A DNA stretch of 63,569 bases, the filler included, from Octopus bimaculoides (lineage: Eukaryota), in the NCBI RefSeq assembly GCF_001194135.2. It is 6 parts of 6 records of this genome, joined end to end, with 100 filler letters (N's around TTAATTAATTAA, not from the genome) between each part and the next. Parts side by side here need not be neighbours in the genome. Positions count along the whole stretch, not along the records: positions 31,511 to 53,635 come from NC_068984.1; positions 53,736 to 59,830 come from NC_068995.1; positions 59,931 to 62,053 come from NW_026416859.1; positions 62,154 to 63,569 come from NW_026324829.1; 2 more parts are not named here. One strand, 5' to 3'. Positions 52,946 to 63,569 of the stretch are shown here, one piece after another. The notes under the pieces were generated by a model. It was not told where the DNA came from. It ran no database searches and saw nothing but the letters and a program-made list of their open reading frames with translations. Each line of letters opens with the position of its first letter. Within the stretch, counting starts at the first letter, position 1. The translations under genes and the position numbers were made by a program.

Positions 52946-53579
52946 CTCTGTCTCCTTGTGTGTGCATGTCTGGGTGTGTGTGTGTAAGTATGGGTTTTTG
53001 TGACCATATACTGTGTCTGTATGTATGGATGTGTATCTTCATATGTGTGGATGTGCCTCCATATGTGTCCTTGTGTGAAGTGTGTGTATGTATGGTCTTG
53101 TGTTTCAGTCTTTCCTGCAATAAACGGAAGTGGGTCAGGGGAAATCTTTACTGAACACCCCTCATAACTGTATAATAAAACTTAGATGTTTGAATCTCTC
53201 TTCTCCTCACACGCGCACGCGCGCACACACACACACTAATAATGCATCCCGGCTTTGCCCGTGTGTTATGGCCCACAGCTACATTGTATTATTTGTTCCT
53301 TTCTTATGGGCAGAATCGGCACAGCTGATATATAGTGAACTGGAGTACTGGCCTAATGGAAGTTATTGTTTCTTTAAAAGTGAAGGGGAGTGGGTACGAT
53401 TCGCACGAGTTTGCATGAAAATGCTTTCTGTTCTTAAGAGGAATCACAAACTATCTATTGTTTCATCGTAAAAAAGGAATTAATATGACTTACCAGCCGT
53501 CTCCACTGCAATATCTTAATTTATAACATTTTCGAACTTTTTTTTTATCCATGTAGAAAAATACAGAAATTACGAATCC

Positions 53580-53635
<56 letters not shown>

Positions 53636-53837
53636 NNNNNNNNNNNNNNNNNNNNNNNNNNNNNNNNNNNNNNNNNNNNTTAATTAATTAANNNNNNNNN
53701 NNNNNNNNNNNNNNNNNNNNNNNNNNNNNNNNNNNCATAAGAGCACCACAGCAAACCACAGCACATACCCAAGGCGCACAGAGCTGCGCTCGGTAGTGAA
53801 GTGAAAGCACGTTATAAAAAATAAAACTACTGAACAA

Positions 53838-53838
53838 C

Positions 53839-53907
<69 letters not shown>

Positions 53908-54062
53908 AACAACAACAACATCGAAAATACCTTAGGAATGAGAACCCTGGTTCGAAATTTCTCCAAGACACCTGATGAAGGCTGGAGGGTATATCAGCCG
54001 AAACGTTGTGTTAACAATAAACAAGATGAGGACAACTATCCGTCAATTGCAAATAATGTAAA
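53838..54062 (+). mobile_element. Terminal-repeat-only copy of PLE family C ((AAT)n, spacer, intact hammerhead)
   Basis: catcgaaaataccttaggaatgagaacc...gtaaataatgta / gcaaataatgta matches 46080-46222 and 28252-28390; the sequence upstream of the (AAT)n is unrelated. Confidence 0.85.
53967..54012 (+). ncRNA. Minimal type I hammerhead ribozyme, apparently intact (PLE terminal repeat, family C)
   Basis: GACAC-CTGATGA-A-GGCTG(gagggtatat)CAGCC-GAAA-CGTT-GTGTT. Core CUGAUGA and GAAA are intact, stem II has 5 perfect pairs, stem I GACAC/GTGTT has 5 pairs (one G-U), and stem III is reduced to the palindrome AACGTT. Predicted cleavage after GUU (54007). Confidence 0.8.
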
Positions 54063-55809
54063 ATCATAGGTTGTTGAAAACTACTTTCATATGAAAAATG
54101 CTGATACAACAGCGAGTTATGATCGGTTGTCTCTCTTTAAGATACAAATCGATTTAATGTTGGGATGAAAAATATTTCTTGAATTTTAGTACTGTAGTGC
54201 TATTCAAAGTATATATCTAGTGTCATTCAATATATATATCTTGAGCTATTTTGTACAGCACTTTTAGGAGCAAACATTGGCATGTTTTCATTTTTGTAAT
54301 TAAATGAAATAGCTTTTTATACACAAACATTAAGAATTTATATCCATAGACAGTTATGTGCGCAGTGTATATATTGCTTGTCATCGACCATGAAATATTT
54401 GACCTATAATACCTTTTAAATTAGATATTTGCAAAGGGTGGTTGACATTATGAAGAGAGGAATATCACTTCATAATAAATAATTCTAATAAAATTCACTC
54501 GCAGATTGTTTTTAAGATACTTATTTTCCTGTATATTTCTCATTTACAGTACAAAGGGCTTTAAGTCAGAAAAATAATACAATAAAAGGGTTGCATTTAT
54601 TGTCAAAGGCAGCACAGAATAAAAAAGTATGATTAAAAAGTGCTCCAGACCCAACCCATTTTGTATTTGAAGGAATAACACAAACTTACCGACGCTCAAC
54701 CTCGTTTCGTTTAACGCCGTTTCCTTATAATATTGATACGAAATAATATAAACATAAATACTATCGAATGAAAATTCAGAAAGTGTCTATCTGTCAAACT
54801 GATTTTTTGTTTTCATTTATTTTCTAACTTGTCTTTTTAGTTCGGAAAATAGAATAAATAATTAAACCATCATAACTAGACATTCGGCATTTCACAAACG
54901 TCAGCTTAAATACAATTTTTACACGTCTCCAATCTAATTCATACAGACGTAACACTTTTAAAGTGCAGCAATATTTTAAAAATAAAATATACAATGTAAA
55001 CTAAATCAAGAATAGTATTCAACAGGATAGAATTTAATCACTATTACAGCAAGTCTGTTGGACATTTCTTAGATTTACTGATAGCAAAATATTTCCTTTC
55101 TGATTTTCCCCAAAGTGTTTGCCATCCTGCTGTCCTATGAGACATGATACTAAATAAAAAATTGTAAGCTATAAATAAATAAATATATATATATATATGA
55201 ATAAATAAATAGGAGAGTGTCAAATGTACAAGCTAAAATAAAGTGACCGATCGGTGAACTACTACAAACTTTGCATCTTTAAAAACTAGCCATTTTTTAT
55301 TATGAGTAGTGGTAAAATGCACTTTACAATTTTCGGTTGGCAAACACATATTCCTCGATTTGTCAGTGCTCTAATAGTTGCTAAGTGTGGATTGTGTGCC
55401 ACTGCTATGCATAGGTATAAAATAATGTTACGTTAGAAGGAGATTCGATGATGGAAGGTAACAGTAGATATTAAAAGTTCTCTCGGTCTTCAACCAACAA
55501 TCGTACGAATGTTACAACTGTTATAGTTGTTGATCGTTAAGTGATAACAGTGTTTCAGAGCCTGTCGTTTGCAAAAATACCAGAAAAATCTATATCAGTC
55601 TTGAGCTCAATCTGTTACACGATTAACACATACAAATTTAACAATGAATGGAATCAGCCTAATGGAAATCCTGGAAAGTATTTCAAATATATGATTAAAG
55701 AACATACATGAACGGGGCTTTATAAATGTGCTACATGCCGTACTAAGGAAAGATGTAAATATACTTCATTAGCAATGGAAAGTACTTCGTTTTAGATCGA
55801 GGTGGAAAC

Positions 55810-56345
55810 ATCATAGTAAGTCGTAGTTGGTTTGCGGGTTTTGAAGAATCCTCCAAGATCGCATCACATGCAAATAACAAACATCGAAGAAGAAACTGAA
55901 GCTGCATTTCTAGCTTTACTGTAAAATGATATTGGTAAATGAGGATACACATTACAGAAAATGTTTGATGCAGATGAGACAGGCTTGCTCCGGAAACGAA
56001 TAACAAAGATCTTACTAATACCCACTCCCAATTGATGGTAATGATTCGTGTGAACTAAACTCAAACCACTGATTGGCTATCATTCTGAAATACAGGTAAC
56101 GAGGAGAAGATATTCGCAAGTCTCATATTACTGCTATATAGTAATCAAATAAGAAGTGTTGGTTAACTAGCCTAGCTTCTTGTGAAAAAGGCTCTAACCT
56201 GGTAAGCAGAAAATGTTCAATTGCCTTTCTTCCTCCAAATACAACCAGATTGATTCAGCCAATGGAGCAGTATGTTATTGCTACATTCATACTCCACTAT
56301 TTACGGCGACATTCGGGCAATTGATTAAATTCTTATATGGCGAAA
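55810..56345 (+). mobile_element. Tigger/pogo-type transposase relic
   Basis: SRSWFAGF, GYTLQKMFDADETGL and LPPNTTRLIQPMEQYVIATF match the pogo DDE motifs FNADETGL and LPPNTTSLIQPMDQGVIATFK. Confidence 0.75.
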
Positions 56346-57779
56346 CTTAACCAATATTCAAGGTATTGCCATCTTGTTGCCATATCTTAAATTGTATTGA
56401 AAATTTGACATGGACGAAGGGACATGTGAAACAATCATAACGAATCTAGTGTCGAGTAAAATCCATCCAAATTATATTGCATTCCTCAGGCAATACAAAC
56501 TTCTGTTTTACTTTCTGGTTTCTCACAACCAAAACAATTTGTCTTGTCATCCGTTGATTATAAACCATCTGCCTCTTAATACTTGAATTTCAGTAGAAAA
56601 TGAAATAATGTTTAATGGGAAAAAAATCATTTGGATTTTCAATGTACTTTTAGCAGGAAACTTTCCTGATGTATATAATCTATATATATAAAAATGAGAA
56701 TATTATATATTTGTGATAAACTTTTATAACTTTCGTGTTCAATAAAGGAACTATATTTTTAAATGACAACTGCTTCGAAAAATTCTGGTTACGTGCAAAT
56801 GATTTTCATTTCGTTCTTACATCGTGTTTTGCAAGAATGTTTCATTTTTGCATTTCTTTTACATTTCGTATTTAAAATCTTCAAGAATTTCTCAATAATA
56901 TCTTGTTTCGTTTCATAATTTTAGTTCTGCTGTTTGCATTACTTCATTTATGTTTGGATAACTTTCAGTAATTCGTTCTATACTACATCTACTTTCGCAT
57001 ATCTTTTCCTCTTTTTTAACACGCAAATTGAAAAAAGTTATTTGTTTTATCATCAAATATCTTTCTTTCATTCGCTGGTCGCTTTCATCCGCTATATTTT
57101 AAATTGCCTAAAATGTCTTTTCATTTTTAATATTCATTTATTCATCATCTCTCTCTTTCCAGCCCATCCCTCCCTGCAACCTTCTTTCTTCCATTTATAC
57201 CTCATTATTTTAGTTCCTTCTTGTCCTCTCAACAATTTCATTGTATCTCTCGTCTCCTCTTTCTCATCTTAAAACAATGTTAATATTTCGATTATATTCA
57301 TTTATATAGGTTCTGTTCTATTCCATTATACTTTATCTATCCTTATATTAATGATTTGTATAACATTCTGCTCGATTTTACTTTACTATTAATTTTTTTA
57401 ATTTACTTCTCGATCTCATCTGACAATCTTCAAATTTCCATTTTTCTTCATATTACCATTCCCTTTGTTTTATTCTGTAACATCTTCGTCTTTTCTTTAT
57501 TTTTCATAGTGACAACAGAAAAAATTATATATATTAGAGCTGACCTGCGTTAAGTCAACTATTGTAAATTTCCATGTCCACAACTTCTTTCCAGGTTTTG
57601 ATATTACGTATAAACTGTTTTATGCCGCTGGAGAGCNNNNNNNNNNGGGGGCTTGTACTTATTCGCTAATCTGTGAATCTGTGACATTGACTAATCAAAC
57701 AAATTAGATTATTGCACTCGTTGCAGGAGAAGACTGACATCCTGTTCGAATGTGTAGCTTTGCCAAATGCAGCTGGATA

Positions 57780-58130
57780 CTGTTGAAGATTTCGCATGCC
57801 ATCAGGTCGGTCGCGGTGTTTCATTCTGGCCCTGTATAATGTAGTGGCACATTCAGAGCATAATCCAGAATCACAATGAAGAGAAAAAGATCCAAAGGAT
57901 CACCTTGCAGGACTCTAATATTCACCAACAAACAAATCAGTTTCTTCTTCGGGAGTAACCATTGCAGATGAAGTATCTACTTACATGTGTTTCATGGCTT
58001 CAACGATGAAATCCGGAACGCCTTATGCACATAAGGACCTCTGGACATAACATTTCTCTGGATGGATTCAAATGCCTAAAGTAAGTCTATGAAGATAAGC
58101 AGTGCTTCTTTTTATGATTTATAATCTCCT
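57780..58130 (-). mobile_element. RTE-like LINE reverse transcriptase fragment
   Basis: Frame-broken LIFIDFR.AFESI..RVLQGDPLDLFLFIVILDYAL (RT domains 3-4). Confidence 0.7.
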
Positions 58131-59509
58131 CAATCAACCTTCGCAAGGCTAAGATTTGCAAATGTGTTGATCTGTTCTGATGGAAGCCATTTTAATTTGG
58201 TCTGAGAAGAGGGTCAAAAACGGCACAAGTGATTCAATAAAAGATGAATTTATANNNNNNNNNNNNNNNNNNNNNNNNNNNNNNNNNNNNNNNNNNNNNN
58301 NNNNNNNNNNNNNNNNNNNNNNNNNNNNNNNNNNNNNNNNNNNNNNNNNNNNNNNNNNNNNNNNNNNNNNNNNNNNNNNNNNNNNNNNNNNNNNNNNNNN
58401 NNNNNNNNNNNNNNNNNNNNNNNNNNNNNNNNNNNNNNNNNNNNNNNNNNNNNNNNNNNNNNNNNNNNNNNNNNNNNNNNNNNNNNNNNNNNNNNNNNNN
58501 NNNNNNNNNNNNNNNNNNNNNNNNNNNNNNNNNNNNNNNNNNNNNNNNNNNNNNNNNNNNNNNNNNNNNNNNNNNNNNNNNNNNNNNNNNNNNNNNNNNN
58601 NNNNGAATCCGATATTGTTAAAAGGCAAAGTCAACTTTGAATTTGAACATAAAAACGGACGGATTACAGCAAAGCATTTTTCTGACGTTCTGACGATTCT
58701 GCCAGCTCACCGCCCCACTTGTTTTCCATGGGCTGTAGTCGATTATATCGACCTCAATGCTCAACTGGTACTTATTTTATCGACCCTGAAAGTAACAATG
58801 GCAAAGTCGACATCGGCAGAATTTAAACTCAGAACATAAAATTGGACCAAATTCCGCTAAGCATTACGCCGGGCGTGCTAACGATTATGCCAGCACTCCA
58901 TCTTATACGTTTGTAATATTAAACAAGAAAAAGGATAATATGCATAGAATTTCTTCATTTAAACAGATTATTTATAAATATAGAAGCGTGTGTATTGATC
59001 GTTAAATATAACATATGTTGCTGAAAGAAAGAAATAAGAGAAATAGAATACTTGCAAAGGAGGATTTCAGTTTTGCAGCAACGAGGTTTCTATTTGACCA
59101 AGAAAATACAAATGCTTGTTCAAATATTTCTATTAGGAAGTAAAATATGAACGTATTCATACCTAATGTAAAAAAAAAGTTTCAAATGATTAACAAGACA
59201 AAACATGTTTCCCTGGAAACATATCTACTGGTCACATGCACTTTCTCCGCTAACTGCCTCATTATTTCTCTCCATCTCTTTTTATGTATTTTCTTTTTTC
59301 TTTTTTCTTTTTCTTCTTTTTTTTGCAATCACTATCTCTGACTCAATATTAAACTGTTTTCTTCCAGCTAATTTTCTACATTGGGCACGTAAAAGTAAAC
59401 ATCAAAATTATGTATATTCATAATAGTAGCAAATTCCATTCCACGCAAACTCACACACGTCCGCCCATTCTACATACAAACACAAACACACGCACACACA
59501 CACATATAT

Positions 59510-59830
59510 ACATACATACATGGTGGTTGTCTACTCCTTAAACAGAGTTTGACCACCTCCTGCACCTACACCTTAGCCCTTTCATGGCGTCTGATGTGGC
59601 TTTTTAAACCAGACAGTGTTTTGAAAAAACACCCACACAGATTGTACCTCTGATTTGCACTACCAATACCTGCAAGTAAGTTCTGCTCATTGTGGATCCT
59701 AACATGTCTTTTAAGACCCCCATTGGATTTGCAAACCCTCTGGCACACACCACATTCAAACGTGTGCACAGACATATAATCAGAATAGCTGGGTGAGGTT
59801 TGTTTTCCATGGGTTCGCAGGTGAGATTTG
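59510..59830 (-). mobile_element. 3' end of a LINE ending in tandem C2H2 zinc fingers with (ATGT)n tail
   Basis: KSHLRTH..FECGVCQRVCKSNGGLKRHVRIH..NLCG..KTLSGLKSHIRRH-stop, then a ~55-nt trailer ending accaccATGTATGT. Confidence 0.5.
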
Positions 59831-60410
59831 NNNNNNNNNNNNNNNNNNNNNNNNNNNNNNNNNNNNNNNNNNNNTTAATTAATTAANNNNNNNNNNNNNN
59901 NNNNNNNNNNNNNNNNNNNNNNNNNNNNNNTGTGTATATCTTACTACTAGTATGTACAATTGACATAGTTAAAGTTAGCATTAGAAAAAGTATAAAATAT
60001 ATAGAAAATATATATGCGGATAATAGTTACAATGAAAGTAATATTAAATCAGTCATTTTGTGCATGGATATATCAATTATATGACACATCATTATACAGT
60101 AAAACCGGTCGTAATAATAGTTATGATGTAGAAATCACAATTATACATATATTTTCAATAGTAAATTTAAACTAGTTATAATTTACACAATAATAAAAGG
60201 ACAAGTCATATATATCTTTTAGTACATATATATTTTATAGTACATAGTGCATAATGTTATATACTACCAAATATTATATATACTATAAAAAGTCAAATAT
60301 ATAATCATTATACAATAGTAAAAGTAGATGAATACAAAGGTATCATACTTTACAACGGATCGTTCTAAATTATAAAATATGATATATCATAAAGCACGAG
60401 GGAAAGAATA

Positions 60411-60453
<43 letters not shown>

Positions 60454-63400
60454 GGGTTAGGGTAGGTCTATCTAAGTCAGTGTTTCTCAACCNNNNNNNN
60501 NNNNNNNNNNNNNNNNNNNNNNNNNNNNNNNNNNNNNNNNNNNNNNNNNNNNNNNNNNNNNNNNNNNNNNNNNNNNNNNNNNNNNNNNNNNNNNNNNNNN
60601 NNNNNNNNNNNNNNNNNNNNNNNNNNNNNNNNNNNNNNNNNNNNNNNNNNNNNNNNNNNNNNNNNNNNNNNNNNNNNNNNNNNNNNNNNNNNNNNNNNNN
60701 NNNNNNNNNNNNNNNNNNNNNNNNNNNNNNNNNNNNNNNNNNNNNNNNNNNNNNNNNNNNNNNNNNNNNNNNNNNNNNNNNNNNNNNNNNNNNNNNNNNN
60801 NNNNNNNNNNNNNNNNNNNNNNNNNNNNNNNNNNNNNNNNNNNNNNNNNNNNNNNNNNNNNNNNNNNNNNNNNNNNNNNNNNNNNNNNNNNNNNNNNNNN
60901 NNNNNNNNNNNNNNNNNNNNNNNNNNNNNNNNNNNNNNNNNNNNNNNNNNNNNNNNNNNNNNNNNNNNNNNNNNNNNNNNNNNNNNNNNNNNNNNNNNNN
61001 NNNNNNNNNNNNNNNNNNNNNNNNNNNNNNNNNNNNNNNNNNNNNNNNNNNNNNNNNNNNNNNNNNNNNNNNNNNNNNNNNNNNNNNNNNNNNNNNNNNN
61101 NNNNNNNNNATCAGGAGGCCAGCACATCTAAAGAATCAAAGAGATTCAGAAATAGTATCTGCAATCTCAGGGGATTAAGGTATATTTAAAAAAAATAACG
61201 TTGACCACTAACGTGGACAATTAACGTGCTAGAAATAGATCACATCTTGTGTCTATTAAGACATATATATATATATATATATATATACATACATCCTAAA
61301 TTTCACTTCTAAACCATTAGCATGGTTTTGGTTGTATATATATATATATACAACAGGCTTCTTTCAGTTTCCATCTACCAAATAATCCAGTTTGGTCGAC
61401 TCGGGGCTATAGTAGAAGACACCCAAGTTGCCATGCAGTGGAACTGAACCTGGAACCATGTAGTTGGGAAGCAAACGTCTTGCCACTGACCCACTCCTGC
61501 ATACGACCCATTTTGCAAACAATCTGTACATTGATTTTATTTCCCTTTTTGGGTGTAGTTTCTTTTGTAAGCATTGGTGTATCGTGCCTATATCAGTCGT
61601 TGTAATACTGCATTGTTTTATTACACTTTCTGAACCGTGTATTTAGTATGCTCTATGTGTAGGACACTTAGCAATATTGTATATAATGTCTTTAGTAAAC
61701 ATTGGTGTAGTACCAATAATAAACACTGTCTAGTATTCTAGTAATTACGTAGAGTGCCTTTAACAAACCATGTGTTCAGTTAATTGAGTAAATGTGTTGA
61801 GAACGATTACTAAACTCTTTACTCTTTCAGTCTTTTTGACTGTGGCCATGCTGGAGCACCGTCTTTAATCGAGCAAATCGACCCCAGGACTTATTCTTTG
61901 GAAGCCTAGTACTTATTCTATCAGTCTGTTTTGTCGAACCGCTAAGTTACGGGGACGTAAACACACCAGCATCGGTTGTCAAGCGATGTTGGGGGGGGGG
62001 GACAAACACAGACGCACAAACATATACACACATACATACATACATATATATATNNNNNNNNNNNNNNNNNNNNNNNNNNNNNNNNNNNNNNNNNNNNTTA
62101 ATTAATTAANNNNNNNNNNNNNNNNNNNNNNNNNNNNNNNNNNNNNNNNNNNNGTTATTAAGAGTTATTTCCCTTGGTTTATTATATTTCGTAATCGATA
62201 AATACTGAACTAGATTATCCCTCACCCATATATCTCGAATTACACATCTTGAGGAGCCTCACCTATATGTCTCGAATTACTCTGCCTTAGGAAGTTATTT
62301 GTACTACCTTTCCTGTTCAGGTTAACACATATTCTATTACAATAATCTCTCTATATCTATGCTCACTTATCTTAACCTGCCTGCCAGACCAATTGGCATC
62401 AAGTCCGTATACAAATACTCTAACCACTGGGCCATGTCCATGTGTTCTCTTTCTGCCTTTTCTATCGCAATTACAGTGGTCTCTTCTCAGTGCTAGCTGC
62501 TTTTCTGTCACGTACTCCACACTCGTCTCACCTAGTCACTCTCCTCGCTCACTTGTCACTACGTCCAGTCAGTGCTCTCCGCTTGAATTTCCTCCATACA
62601 CGTGCTTTTTCCATTCGACTCTTTTTAACTGTGTTGTTCTCCAGTTTGGGTGTCTGCAAATGGAATAACAATATGTTTATAATGTCTAACTTTGCAACTA
62701 TTCCTTTCTTTCGATCAAAGCAATTAAAAAGAAAAAAAATTCATTCGTTCGTTTATTCAACGTCCGTTTTTCCAAGCTGGCATAGTGTAGACTGGGACGT
62801 ATTTGAGGCAGGATTTTACAGCCTTGATACTCGTGCTGTCACTAACCCTGACCTGTATTTTGAAAATAAAACGGAGTTTTTTTTTCTACCGATCATTGAA
62901 AGCACAGCAAGTCATAATGTCTACAAGGGATGTAAACATCATATCATTTTGCCGAAGTGAAGCCGCCAAATGTCAGCATGGCTCAGGGCGCGCACACACA
63001 CTCACACATGATTGGCCTTTACAGTTTTAGTCTACCAAACTCACCGGATCCATAACAGAAGAGACTTGCCAAAGGTACCATTCATTAGGTCTGAACCCGA
63101 AGTATTCCGTTCTATAAGCTACTCAGTTCTCATATTTAATGCTTATGTGTACTAATTGATTTTAGCCTGTGTTATTCTGTAACTTGAGCAGATCTAATAC
63201 CACTTCCTGCTTTTTCCATATAATCAAACTTTAATTTTTTATCAGTCAACTAAGAATAATATCAATGTAATCAGATTTTTTATTAGTTGACTAATAAAAA
63301 TTAAAATTTGCTGTGTGGAAAAATATTAAGCATCACAATTTAAGTCGAAAGTTGTAAATGGCTGTGAAGTTGAGATATTGAGGTTCTGGCCATATGAGAC

Positions 63401-63569
63401 AGTACACTGTCTCATGCTCCTTGAAAGTTAAGTAGTTTGCGGTAGGAAGGACATTCAGCCGGGAGAAAAAAAACCTCCAATTATTTCAGTAAAAACCATT
63501 TCTTCCATATTAACTTGACAGAATGTAAAACAGTAGAAAAAGAGATGCAATGGGCAGTATTTGGATAAG

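Noticed and set aside
59566-59775. Host C2H2 zinc-finger gene
   Set aside because: No TGEKP linkers, one finger has lost a Cys, and it ends in a short trailer plus (ATGT)n tail as at 20.7 kb, so a LINE 3' end is the better explanation.

Overview
Repeat-saturated, AT-rich eukaryotic genomic DNA from a gappy draft assembly, almost certainly an octopod cephalopod (the tRNA-derived SINE families and microsatellite density match Octopus as I recall them; no database check was possible). Nearly all supplied ORFs are microsatellite or N-gap artefacts. I find one convincing host gene (+ strand, ~32.85-35.0 kb): TATA box, signal-peptide exon, a large exon with 8 tandem 6-Cys pacifastin-like/truncated-VWC modules, a short terminal exon and a polyA signal. 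It probably encodes a secreted multi-headed serine-protease inhibitor. The rest is decayed mobile DNA: several Penelope-like elements (PLEs), RTE and R4-like LINE fragments, a Ty3/gypsy relic, two mariner relics, a Tigger/pogo relic and at least three SINE families. The most striking non-coding signal is a set of minimal type I hammerhead ribozyme motifs in the terminal repeats of at least two PLE families. One looks intact (53967-54012). In that family a tRNA-like Pol III head and an (AAT)n tract sit between the GIY-YIG ORF and the ribozyme. Other structures are a twin-primed (5'-inverted) RTE insertion, an inverted pair of PLE copies and a possible ~4.5-kb inversion. Five TTAATTAATTAA islands inside 100-nt gaps are synthetic scaffolding linkers. 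Transposon boundaries are approximate, read by eye.
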